Origin: Octopus bimaculoides
Taxonomy: Eukaryota
DNA length: 64,000 nt
NCBI RefSeq assembly: GCF_001194135.2
Contig: NC_068981.1
Location: 40,177,581 to 40,241,580 of the forward strand
Direction: 5' to 3'
A program made the translations under genes and the position numbers. This document shows, in pieces, positions 51,641 to 64,000 of the stretch. Position 1 is the first letter of the stretch, and each line of letters opens with the position of its first letter. The notes beneath the pieces are model-generated. The model was not told the DNA's origin. It was given only the letters and a program-made list of their open reading frames with translations, and did no database searches.

Positions 51641-52232
51641 AATCTGAATTCAACACTACAAGAGCTTACGCAACATGTACCAAATCATACGGCGATTCCG
51701 TTGATGACAGCATTCAATTGTTTCAACATAATTCACGTTAGATGTTCGATTATTTATAGCTCAGTGAAATAACCATAAGAGGGTGTACTGTCTTACCCAG
51801 TAGCTACAACATACTGTTGGTGATTGGATACGAACAATAGATATTTCAGTTAATATCACACTACTCTAAACCCAACCAAGCAACAGTTAATTGATATAAT
51901 ATATAAGAATCGAGTGACTTAGGAAACATTGCTTCTGATGAAAATATTCTAAAACAATGGTCCAGTCGTGGATAAATAATCTACCTGTTTCAAAATGCCA
52001 ATAGTCTTATATCCTTCTAAAATATTTAGTCAAAGAATCCTTATTCAATTGTATTTATGTTAATTGTAAAGCAGTGATAAACTCAAACCATGCTTACTTT
52101 AACACCACCATCTGGCCTCTGTGTGAACTCAGAGGAATTCACTCTGTTGTTGTAAGTATTTAGGTCAGGGTTCCGATCCGATATAACATCCTCCTGATAA
52201 TCACATAAAGAGACTTACACACACACACACAC

Positions 52233-52289
<57 letters not shown>

Positions 52290-52696
52290 CACACACAAAA
52301 AAAACACTATGTGTGTGTACATTTATGTATGCATGTGTGTATGGTGGGGTATGTGAACAAAATGACCGAAGAGAAATAGTTCCGAGTGACAAGTGAAGAA
52401 CATATGGAGGTATAGCAAATTCTATACAACAAAAAATTCTTGTTAATTTAAATTATCTTCGCCTCTAGAGGTCATATCAAAAATACCAACTGGTGATTGA
52501 GACCAACTTCATGTGAGAAGGGGAAACAATCTCAAGAATAAAGGATTCCTCAAATTTGACATGCTACTGAGGAAAAGGACATGTTAATTGTCTGGAGATA
52601 AGTGAAGATAATGGTTTACACGCGTTTCTGCCCCAATATACGTCATTAGTATGACAACTTTCTTAGCTTAACTCGAGCAACCAAGGGACATAGATA

Positions 52697-53089
52697 CAGT
52701 AATACCTGGAGATACGAGTTAATTTGTTTTTGGAGACCACTCGTAAAGCAGAACAATGATTTTCCGTAGTAGCAATGCTAAATTCGTAATTCATTCCCAG
52801 AAAAATATTTTACCTATAAAATTTATAATACTCGTAAATAATTGACAATAAAACAGCAGCAGGGTGTGAAGAATAGTTTAGGTATAGTAAAATTAATGCC
52901 TAGAGTTGTTGTTTGCTTAGAAGAAGCTTTTTTCCGCTATCTATAAATTTCTCGGTAACACGCAGAAACATTCGTTATGGTAGTAGAAACTTCTGCACTT
53001 CGTTCAAAATTTGGGTCTTGTGCTTGAAAAATAAAACTCGTAAACCCGGGGTCTCGTAAAGCGGATCCTCGTAAAGTGAGGTACTACTG
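52697..53089. mobile_element. Tigger/pogo-type MITE with TA target-site duplication
   Basis: TA|cagtaatacctggagatacgag ... ctcgtaaagtgaggtactactg|TA: an imperfect 22-bp TIR flanked by TA. Confidence 0.8.
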
Positions 53090-53394
53090 TATATGCAAGA
53101 AGTGTTGAACGCATTTGTGACCTAGGTAATTTGCATGATTAAACAAAACGAGCCCAGAGAAATAACTGTCTTCAAGCAATAAGCCTGTCCTTTCCTTTAA
53201 TCTCATGTCATCTTTGAACAATCCTTGATTCTCTTCTTTGAAATCATTATATTCTAGTTCTTGTACATTGTACAATGCCATAAGCGCCCCCACTGAGAGA
53301 AGAAAGGAAGAAAGGGTGTATGCCAAACTTTCCAGAATATATATATATATATATATATAAGATTTGAGATTTATACAAATCAAATTTTTATATA

Positions 53395-53523
53395 TAAAAG
53401 ATGTAGGTGGATATAGCACAGAAGTCTAAGACATTTTAATTTAAGAAGGCAATTTTATTAAGTTCCTTCTTAAATTGAAATGTCTTAGACTTACTTCTGT
53501 GCTATATCCACCTCTATCTTTTA
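53395..53523. repeat. Near-perfect hairpin with about 55-bp arms and a 15-nt loop
   Basis: taaaagatgtaggtggatatagcacagaagtctaagacattttaatttaagaagg / ccttcttaaattgaaatgtcttagac(ttac)ttctgtgctatatccacctctatctttta. Confidence 0.9.
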
Positions 53524-53766
53524 TGTGTGAGTGTGTGTGTGTGAGTGTGTGTGTGTGAGTGTGTGTGTGTGCGTGTACCCGAAGAAAATAAGGAGAAAAA
53601 GAAAAAAAAACAAAGAAAATTCTGTAACACATCCATACCATGTCCATTTGCAACGCCAGTTTACGCGAAAATTGTAAACGAAAAATCACGTAATATTTGC
53701 GGTTTGAAGCACTGGAGAGGCACTTCCTCAGACTTGCATCAAAGGTGTTCCGGCTTNNNNNNNNNN

Positions 53767-53809
<43 letters not shown>

Positions 53810-54368
53810 AAGATAACTGTTTTCGTGTGATTTTCAACGACTAATATGTATCTTCCATGTTAAAACGACTATAGTTTCAACACACGGTCTCAGATCAGAT
53901 TACTTGCCAGACTATTTCAAATTCGAAATAATGATAACACTTTCCAGAACAGATACAATGTCAGCAATTTTGAAAGGAGAATATTAGCTGATATCATAGA
54001 CTCCAGTGCAAGATTGGGTCTGTATTTAATCGATCCCTAATGAATGAAAGACAAAGGTGGCCTTACGGGATTTGAACACAGAACTAAAAAAACAAAAATA
54101 AGTACCGCGAAACATTTCTTGCTGACCCCTAAATACATTTTGCAAGCAAAGTGCTTTGTTTGCAAAGCATCGAATTACCGACCTAAAAGTCGGCATTTCT
54201 TATAAAGTTGATGGAAATGCGATATGCATACTACCTTACATATGTTACTAAATTCAAATGTATATGCATTCTACATACACAGAAACGTATAACTGGCCAA
54301 TGTTTCGGATTCTATAAAAGTGAGTTCAATCCTAGTCTGAGTATCTCCCTGAGAGAAAAAAAAAAAAT

Positions 54369-54780
54369 CTATTTTATTATTTTTTATGTTTACACATACA
54401 CATTCTCACATAATCACACACACACACACACACACATTTATATATTGGTGTGCGTGTTTGTGTATCTGCGTGTGTATTTCTACGTGTGTGTGAACGCTCA
54501 TAAGGACGGTGCGTATATCTAGTTTCTATACTGAAGTGGATGGGAGATTCCATTCTTGATAGGTGACTGATCTGTCACTGGTACCTTTTCCTAAAGGAGG
54601 AATATAATATTCCGCTGCAATACCTCAAAATCACTTCCGTTTCAAAGTACTGCCACTACCTATAATCCTTGACTCATGATAAACATATAGAGTTAGTCTT
54701 GAGTATGCAGAACGCAAGTAGTGTCTTTGCAACAAAATAGGTTATTTTATACTGCGCACACACACACACACTCACACGCA

Positions 54781-54826
<46 letters not shown>

Positions 54827-54951
54827 TACACACACACGTAGAAATACACACGCAGATACACAAACACGCACACCAATATATAAATGTGTGTGTGTGTGTA
54901 TGTGATTATGTGAGAATGTGTATGTGTAAACATAAAAAAATAATAAAATAG
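54369..54951. repeat. Near-identical inverted repeat, about 123-bp arms with about 336-bp spacer
   Basis: 54369-54492 is the reverse complement of 54829-54951. The same peptide (THIYILVCVFVYLRVYFYVCV) appears in ORFs on opposite strands. Confidence 0.9.
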
Positions 54952-57900
54952 TTTAACAATGATAAAGTGGAACAAGTCTAACGTTTGAGACAGTACCCTT
55001 CGTATAAACACTTTTGAACTGTTTATACTCACTAATTGCTGATACAGACCCCCACCAGTTTCCCAGGGTGCTACTGTTTACGTCATACATACATGCATAC
55101 AAACATACACATATACTATATATACCGTTAACATATTTTCTTCTGTGTTGCTATTAAATATTATGTCTTTTATCACTGGAGTACTTCATGTCTATAAAAT
55201 ATCAATCGTAGCCATGTTGTTATTGTCTGAAACAGTGATTTTTTGCTTTTTCTTCTCATGACGTTTTATGTCAATGTTTATTCTTAAAACCCTTACTTAT
55301 AAGCTAACATAATTCGTTGTTTTCAAAATTGCTGTTTTCTTCCTTTCAATAATATTTCCAATATTATTGTTACACATTTATACATACAAAGCAAATAAAT
55401 CAGTTGACATATTACTGAACATTCTAAAATATTTTGCTATGGTGTCATAACTAATTAGACCATATTGTGTATTTTAAACAGACAAGTACAGTAAATTAGA
55501 TTGAAATAGGATGAGAAATAATTGTTTACAACATAAACGACCATAAAAGGGTCGGGAAGACAGAAAATAAGAGAGAAGTAAAGAAAAATGCAAGAAAGAA
55601 TTTCGTGAGCTGACTTTGTGGTGTGATTCCTGTTTCCAGGTGTAGCAGTTCACATCACTTATACTGCTAATACTCTTAGGAAACGCTGTCCACAGATTAT
55701 TCCAAATATTAGCGTATGTTTAATGAAACCAGACAGGTCCTACATTTTAATGGACAAGAATTAGAGAGATGTGTTCTTTTTTCCAAGGACTTATGCAGAC
55801 GTTTCTCAAGGGCTTACGTAGAGTTAATGAAGCAAGCTGTGTTCAACGTGCAAAAAAAGGTGTTTTGGTTTTGGAGTGGGTTGTCTGTAACTTAACCCTT
55901 GCATTTTACTGCAAATCCCAATTTGATGAAATTGTGCCAACGGGAGAACTTCACCTGGTTGCTTGAGTTGTGAGAAATAGCACCCCAATTTTCTCCCAGT
56001 CACACGTTACCAAATCAAGATATATTGGATTATGCATTCCGGAGCACACTACAGCAAAAAACAAAAGATGCGATAATTACCCTGGGATACTTTTGGTCAT
56101 AGGTCTATCCAATATGGACCGATTTGAGACCAAAGAATATCTGACAGCATATGTGTTTTGAAAAAGCCCTATGTTTTTAGTGGGAGTTAGATATCACATG
56201 GTGTACTTGAAGGTTCTTTTATTGAACCACACTCTTTGCGATGTCTTGTTATTGTGTATTTGCAGACAAATAAGAATGCAATTTCAAAGATAATGTAAAT
56301 ATTCAAAGATATTGTAACTCTCAACAGCAAATCCAATATAATATAACTTGGGATTTAATATGATTTATTAAATAAGATATAAAATATTATCTGAAGCAAT
56401 ATTTATTAAGCAGAATGTCGCCTGAACTTATAGTTATGAAATACAATGTGAAACCTATATTTATGAGATACAATGTTATCTGAACTTACGTGGAAAAATC
56501 ACTCTCATTTTCATCTTCGATAACCCACTGCTTTATATTTCAAACCAGCAGCTTTCTATCACCATAGCAATAACTCTAACTCTTTGCAACTGGCAAACCT
56601 GTTTATATTATATCTCTAACACTATAATTATTTAAATAAACAATCCAATAAATTGTCTTTTTCACATTTATTGGAAAAGCTAGAAGACATACTAGACTTG
56701 TTATTAACATTTTAACATTTATACGTGACTTTTAGCAGCTAAATGTTTCATATTTCTAGAATATCATAGTTAAAGTAAAGTAGCTGTTGTTTTCAATTGC
56801 TTGGTTTATGTACCGTGTTTGGTATATCACTGCCGCGGTAGTCATCTTGACACTTTCACTATATTTAGCTCGATAACTTCCATCATTATAGAGGCAAACT
56901 AGTGTGGAGGACTCAATCAGTTAAAAATCTATCCGCTTATAGAGCAAAAGCAAAAGGCTTCTATTTTGGAAAATTAATTTTTCATAGAATTATAACACAG
57001 TAGTCGTACCTCTAGGTTTCAGTTATATGTCCAGCTACCTAGCACTGTGTTTGTTACCTTTTTCTTTGGCAAATTAATGTAGTTATTTTATATTACTCAA
57101 TGCTACCGAGGTGGTGAGTTCAAGTACTGGACACGATTTAATCGATTTTCTCCCCCTCAAAGTTGTTAGCTTTGTGCTTAAATTTAAAATGATTGTTAAA
57201 TGGTCCCTGATATTTAGGATCTATTAAGTTATACTGTAGTCAAATACTCTAAATTGAAGTAACTTTGCACAAAATTACAAACTACAATCAAATGAAAGAA
57301 ACATTCATTATTGAGAGCCGTGCGTAAATAGCAGACTAAAAGCTAATACTTATTAAGGTCAGTTTTTACAACACATAAAAAGAGCAAGAATTTCATATTT
57401 AACTTGACTACAAGTTAAACAACATTTATCCTGTAAACTAAACAACACCTATGCGTTTATATCATGCACTAAAACTAAAGTTTATGAGGCTTTCTCATTT
57501 CTATTCGCGAGACAGCACAACAACATTCTTAATTGAATTATTCAAATACGTTTAAAAGAACTTATGCGAAAGGACAAATATCTTTGTTTGCTGGTGTGTC
57601 CGAAGCAAATTGTATTGTAGTGCAGTCTTAACTATCATTAGCGTCATGCTTTTTTATAACCAAATGTCACTATTTACCAGGTTAGGTCAATATGGTTCAC
57701 AGAATAATAAAATTAAAGGCGTGTTTTGAATCTTTTAAGCTGTGAACACAAGCTTTTGCTGTAAAACAAAACAAGAGAAAAATACACAACGAATTATATC
57801 AAACATTAAAATGAATATATTTCCTGAAGTGAATAGACCTCGACAACAATACTTCAGATTGAAATATCCACCAAAGAATAGACAGCTTCCCCAGACGTTA

Positions 57901-59260
57901 ATGTAGAAATTGGAAAGAATTACATGAAATATCATTAAAAATACTTTTATGTCGATAAACATCAATGAATAGGGAAAATTGAATAATCTGTTTGCAACTT
58001 ACTGGTACATCAGTTTGTTTCATTGATAGATTGTGGAATCGATTGTGTAGTTAGATGTACACGACATTTTGTATAAGCACAAATATTGATTTATATTTGT
58101 GTTTGTGAATGAATGTGCGTATGTTTGCATGTGTCTTCGTCGATTTGTTTACTTGAGAGCATATTTCAGTTCAGTGTTTGTGTGTAACAAAAGCTTGCCC
58201 TCCTTCTGACTATATACATTCGGGATGATCAAGAAAATAGATGAAGTTGTCTATCTTTAAAGTATAATTTCTCAGGTACTACATGTTCTTTACCGTTTAA
58301 CGATACTCTAATTGGAAACAAAACTATCCCATTGACCCTGTAGACCTGTGTTTTTCAGAAAAGAATTTGATTATGGTGGAAGTTTTCGCTAAAAATATAC
58401 ACTACATTGATGCAATAAATGAAGAGGGACACATTTGATTGAATTTACTACAGCATACAAGAGGTAATCGTTTTAAAGGTCCCTTAAATATGAAACACGA
58501 ATTCGATTTTAACAGACATCAAACCATAATATAAATGTGCGCAGTTAAATGCCGAATTTTATAGCATCCAAAACATTACAGCCGCTTTATTAAATTTCAT
58601 TTTATTTCAGATAGTATTAAAAATATTAGTTTCATTGATTTTCTATTGATTTCAGCTCATCACTTTCAGCTGAGCATGAAGTTCAGCTTGGTAACAGAAA
58701 CCAAATAAAGCAGAAGCTTTGAACATTAATCTGAACTTACTTCCATAACTTCAAATCTTCACCATCTTACTGATTACAGACAATAGGAAAAAAACTAGTA
58801 TTTTACGCTCATAAACATTTAGCTAACTATGAATATAAAATCATAGCAATACTTATTGTTTTGGAAACATTAATGCAATTCTGCTGTCTCTTAAGGTTTT
58901 GGTAAAAAGAGTATCTATAATAAGTAATAGCTGAGAGTATTTGCTTGTTTTACGATCGCTCAGATACTTTCGTCTTTAATTAAGATCAGTAAAACCAAAG
59001 AAAATAGCCATTTACGTTTTCCTTTATTTTGAATTGTTTTCGACAAATGTTTACGCGGAATGAGTTTTACCCCCATCATTTTCAGAAGAAGAGTAACTTG
59101 AGCAGACCATAGAAAATGTTAAAATATTACTAGATTTTCATTAACTGTAACAACAGTTGGATGTTATTGCTTATCTGATACCAACTAGAAATATTAACAC
59201 CACGAACCTAGAATCTCCTCCATACAATCGATTGCAAAATTGTCCATATTATAATAATTG

Positions 59261-59472
59261 TTTCTAATATAGGCACAAGGTTTGAATTTTTGCGGGAAGG
59301 AATTAGTCGATTACATCGACCCCACTTCTCAATTCGTTCATATTTCATCGACACTGAAAGGACGAAAGGCAAAGTCGACTTAAGTTGAATTTAAACTCAA
59401 AACATAGACAGACGAAATGCTGCTAAGCATTTTGTCCGGCGTGCTAACGATCGTGCCTGCTCTCGCTGCCTT
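59261..59472 (-). mobile_element. SINE family B
   Basis: Reverse complement of the family-B head, B box, central domain and tail. Confidence 0.88.
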
Positions 59473-60118
59473 CATTCATATTATAATAATGGATACGATC
59501 ATCTAATGCAAATCGATCTGGTTAATTATTTGAACTCTTGTATTCAGGATGATTTATTTTTGATTAATCAATCCAATTGATTTATACATAAAAGCCAGCG
59601 GGATCTAACGCTTTTCCCATCACCATCCCTCAATTGTTCCTGTTATTGTTGTTATTGTTTTGTCAATCCTCGTGAAGTAGACTTACGATGAACAATGTGT
59701 GAGCTATAATCATTTCGTCTTTACTTGTCATTGAATATCTAAAAATACTTTATCCAGTGCACTCCCTTTTTTTTTTCAATACATTAGAGTGCTATTTGTG
59801 GAATGATTAATTGTTATTTCTAGCATAGTGCGCAACTCTATAAAGGACCCACTCATTTGCTCCACATCCATCGTTCTGAACTCGGCGATGCAAGTTAGCG
59901 ACATACTGGTCAATTATATATTGCTATCATTACTTATAGCGAATATTCGTTCTGCCTTAGGGCACTTGTTTATCAGTTTGGTGAGCTGACTTTGTGGTGA
60001 GAAAAGTGGATTAGCAATGTAGACATTGAAACATTAATGAAGAGAAGCGATACACCTGCTGGTCGTCCGAAGCTCTCTACGCATATTGATAGAAACTGAA
60101 ACTATTATTCGAGAAAAC

Positions 60119-60122
60119 GGGA

Positions 60123-60190
<68 letters not shown>
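60119..60190. repeat. (GAAA)n microsatellite
   Basis: Seen directly. Confidence 0.95.
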
Positions 60191-61098
60191 ACGCTAGCAG
60201 ATTCGACATTAGATTACTAACTTGAAATTTCTTGGCTTATTCAGTTATTGAATATAATGGATATCAATTGGAAGCAGTTCCGGTCGTGGTGAAAAAGATA
60301 GAAGCTGGTTTGAAAAGTCTCCAAACGGACCATTATGTTTGATTTGTCCATTTATTTCTACTGTATGTTAAACACTTAATATCGAGCGCTTTTAACTGAA
60401 TTTCGATTGCTATTGCATCGAATTGAATTACATTAAATTTAGTTCTGATTATCTAATACAGGTCTCAAAATAGATTTAACAACATTGAGATTTTTTCATT
60501 CTGCAATTGGTTAAAAGATTTTGGTGTCTACTACACAAAATATAGATTTCTCACTTAGTCATAAGGCCTTAATTTTGCAGGAAAGGTACAGTATTTTATT
60601 GTTACTTATTCTATCAACTCCTGAGATGAACTTCAACGGGTCTTCTGATACAGATAAGATACACTTATACAATTACGGATGAAAGGAAATTACACAAATA
60701 GAGATCTTTCTCATTTCCTGCATGCAATCAGGAGCTTACATCTATTTGTAGAGAGCATATGTGCAAGGGCCTCGTACATTGTCGTTAAACAGCTTATTGA
60801 TTTATGTTTTGGATAGTCTCGTTTCGAAAGAATTAATACTATTCTCTTCTAGTAACCATTTGTAAGCAAATTTTCATCTCTTTGACACTACATTGAATTG
60901 CTTCCTCTCTACTGGTTTAGTATTTGCCCAGACACTAGTGTCTTTTTCGATACCATGAGACTTCCAATAGTAAGCAGACGCTTATGCTGTTATTTTGTTT
61001 TCAACAATTTATTCCCTTTAAGTTATTATCTATTATTTAAATTTATCCAGTGGTATATTTTAGTTCTAGCTGCTCTGAATATATACCAGTTATTATTG

Positions 61099-61298
61099 GT
61101 TTCAAATTTTGCCACAAAGTCAGCAATTTCGGGGGAGCGGGTAAGGCAATTAAATTGACCCCAGTGCTCAGCTAGTACTTATTTTATCGACTCCGAAAGG
61201 GTGAAAGGCAACATCGACTCCAGTGCCATTTGAGCCCAGAGTGTAAAGAAATGCCGCTAGACATTTTGCCTGGCTTGATAACAATTCTGCCAACTCGC
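61099..61298 (-). mobile_element. SINE family B (diverged)
   Basis: ttttatcgactccgaaagggtgaaaggc...aattctgccaactcgc. Confidence 0.8.
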
Positions 61299-61339
61299 AA
61301 GTTGTTTTTAGCGTATCTTTCGCTTCGAATAACATCTAT

Positions 61340-61700
61340 ACGAGAACTATGAGCCAAATACTGATATCAAAACTCTTTACACGAATATTACATCAAGCAC
61401 ATGATAGGACCACACAGGAGACGTGAGAGACGTGGAGTAGAAAGTAACAATGCAAGACGAATACTAAACTCACATACTCTAACGAATCTATGGAGATTTA
61501 TAAGAAATAATAGAACGATTTCAAAAAATAGAAACGGGAAAATACATGCAACGAATATATACCGAAAAGAAAGAAACCAACCACGCAAAGCAGAAAAGCG
61601 TCCACAATCCAATGAAATCATCACAATAGTACGCATAAACCAAACAAATCTTAACACATAGAAAATTAGACAAAAGGTAAAACTACGCATATGAGAGGGA
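61340..61700 (+). pseudogene. Possible decayed PLE reverse-transcriptase fragment
   Basis: TDIKTLYTNI and NGKIH..IYRK resemble the PLE RT motifs D..SLYTNI and LYRK. Confidence 0.35.
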
Positions 61701-63589
61701 TGAGCCACAAGAAAATGAATATAATAATAGACTAAACCAAATAGGAATGAATAAATCATCAGAATAAAGCAAAAGGAGACACAGAACATAAATAATAGAA
61801 CACCGAAACGATGATAAGCAGATACGACCCCACCAAGCAACCGCTAGAATAACAAAAATACTCTTGATCCATCATATACGATATTTTTTTAATTATTATT
61901 TTCTAACAGAATAACCTGCATAAGCGACAGGGCAAAATGTAAGAAAAACAACAAATAAAATGAAATAATTAACCATATTAAAATCATAATTCATGAATTA
62001 GAGGAAACACCTTCCCAAATTTTACAAATATTCAAGTATCTGATGAAAAAAGTCAACTAGAGCTAGGTTTACTAAGAAGCTCTTTCCGCAGAAGCAAATC
62101 CTAACTTCAATGCACAAGATAAATAGCAATACTAGCATCCCTCATCAAAGCCCACCAGAAAATCAATAGGAAGAAATTTTATAATTGGAAATCGAAAAGA
62201 ACATGAACACGGAAGGATTTATTTCAAAGAAAGAGAAGTAGGAAACATTGTAAGAAAATACAATGTTAAGAAACTGTAAGAGATCCCGTAAGTGAAATCT
62301 AACTAAATTAAAACCACTGATTTTGGCAAGACATGTCAAAAAAGATGCTTCAAATACGAAAGGAAGTCATGCATTTTTGAGATAACGATATTTATTTTAT
62401 TGACTGGAGAAGGAGAAAACAAAAATACGTACTCTGACTGGATTTGAACTCACAACATAGAGAGATATGCCTAAATACCACCGGACATTTAATCTGGTCC
62501 TGTAGCCTGAGAACACTGAAATTCTCTCGTACTATTCCTTACTGACAGACGTAAAACATGAGCATTGGCATACATAAAACACAAAATGGCTTACAAAATT
62601 ATATTCGCAGATGTGAAGATATTTTTAATCACGAAATAATAACTTCGCTTTGATAGAGCACCTGTCACAACTGGAAATTTTAGTTACAGATAATTGGCAT
62701 GTATATTTCAGTTCAGACGCTAGACAATAATAACTCTATATTATTACTATTGAATACTACTGCTTCAGAACTTCCTACCATTAATTTTCAATCTTTGACA
62801 TTAGAGCATGATAAAATATCATATATGATGTGTTGAGACTGTAGTTATAATTAATACTTCCATCGTGGTATAGAAGTTATTGCTGTAAACTTATTTCCAC
62901 AGATTTGCTGGAACCTACCTTTTAAAGTATATTTTGAAAAGAAATTTTGGCAGCGGTTAACATCAAATGTCTTTAGCATCTTTGGACGATTCGCCATGAA
63001 TAAATTCGTATGGAAAGATGAGACGGGAATACTGACATCTCTAATGAACAGTTTGGTCAGATTAAGAACATGTTTTAAGTGAGCATCGTAGCAGAGACAA
63101 TTTATCGACCCACATCACCATTAATTTCTCCAGGCTATGCATTTATATCTATTATAAGTTTCGTTTAGATCACAATTTGAAGAACGTGACAGAAATTCTT
63201 ACTCATTGAACAAGACAGCCGGTGGGACACTGCGCCAGCAGAATAGTAGTAATGCTAGGATGTGGATTGAGCTGCGGGGGAGCAGTCAGGATGTAAGCAA
63301 GACAATCTTTAGAAGACGTGAAGGGATACGATGGTATACAATAATGGAGTAGAGAAGTGTGATCAATATACGGAGGAATGATAGTAGAGTCTTTTATGCA
63401 CTTAATCATGGCTGTGATAACGTTGTTACTAAAGATATGACAGTTTTTACATAAATCCATATATACATGCATAAATGGATAAATGAGGTTGGGCTGAATA
63501 ATTCCTAGACTAAAGGAGCTGATACTAGAACCGTGGAATCTTGCGTATATTAATTTCATCTCTTCTTACTACATTGTCAGGTAAACAGA

Positions 63590-64000
63590 CATTTGACTTC
63601 AAAGAAGACTTCAACAGTAAATAGTAGCGACTTCTCTTGAAAAATCAACAAAATTTGGCATCGTGAGGCTATCAGGTACCTGCAAAAGAATGTTTTAGCT
63701 CTTAAAGACATTCATGATGATATGATTGCTACATTAAGAGATGATGCTCCAGCTTTATTAAAAGTGGGAGGCTAAATTTAGGAGAAGAATGGAGAGTCTT
63801 GAACATGACCCAAGGTCTGGATTCCTGCAACAGCTACCATTGAGAAAAACATTCATCGTAGCGGCGGATGATAGGTGACTGATTGTAAATCAAATAGCTA
63901 ATGCAGAGTTCAAAATATTCTTCACAATGAACTTGGCGTGACGAAGGCTTCTGCTCCGTGGGAGCCATGTCAAAAGTGCACATGGGTGATTACATCACAG
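63590..64000 (+). mobile_element. Mariner transposase N-terminal remnant, continuing past the window end
   Basis: KIWHREAIRYLQKNVLALKDIHDDMIATLRDDAPAL..KWEAKFRR.MESLEHDPRSG..ATAT, and later NELG.TK.SA.W. Frameshifted. Confidence 0.85.

Noticed and set aside
57735-57965. Overlapping short open frames on both strands
   Set aside because: No recognisable motif or clear splice sites, so there is not enough support for an exon.
63203-63559. 118-aa minus-strand ORF
   Set aside because: No recognisable domain or convincing splice signals; compatible with a chance ORF.

Overview
AT-rich, repeat-saturated eukaryotic (animal) draft-assembly window with N gaps and many microsatellites. The SINE/LINE repertoire suggests a coleoid cephalopod such as Octopus; this is inferred from recalled repeat families, not searched. 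No intact host gene could be assembled: only isolated candidate exons were seen, and most ORF-track entries are microsatellite translations or decayed TE fragments. Recognisable content: (i) about eight fragments of Dong/R4-clade RLE LINEs, most adjoining (TAA)n, including a tandem nest at about 35.9-40.1 kb; (ii) Hero-like RLE LINE, L1/Tx1 LINE and RTE-like endonuclease remnants; (iii) a Penelope-like element (PLE; RT + GIY-YIG) with an inverted terminal repeat, plus solo pLTR remnants; (iv) Tc1, mariner and Tigger-type DNA transposon remnants and MITE-like hairpins; (v) four tRNA-derived SINE families. Most interesting: five minimal type-I hammerhead ribozyme motifs from three unrelated sequence families, each with a palindromic helix III (1249-1306, 1594-1651, 6030-6075, 23143-23189, 49352-49399). 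In one family a tRNA-like Pol III A/B-box module lies just upstream of the ribozyme. Also notable: a SINE whose tRNA head expanded into a 10-copy 22-bp minisatellite, several long fold-back inverted repeats, and a 28-nt templated patch inside a SINE.
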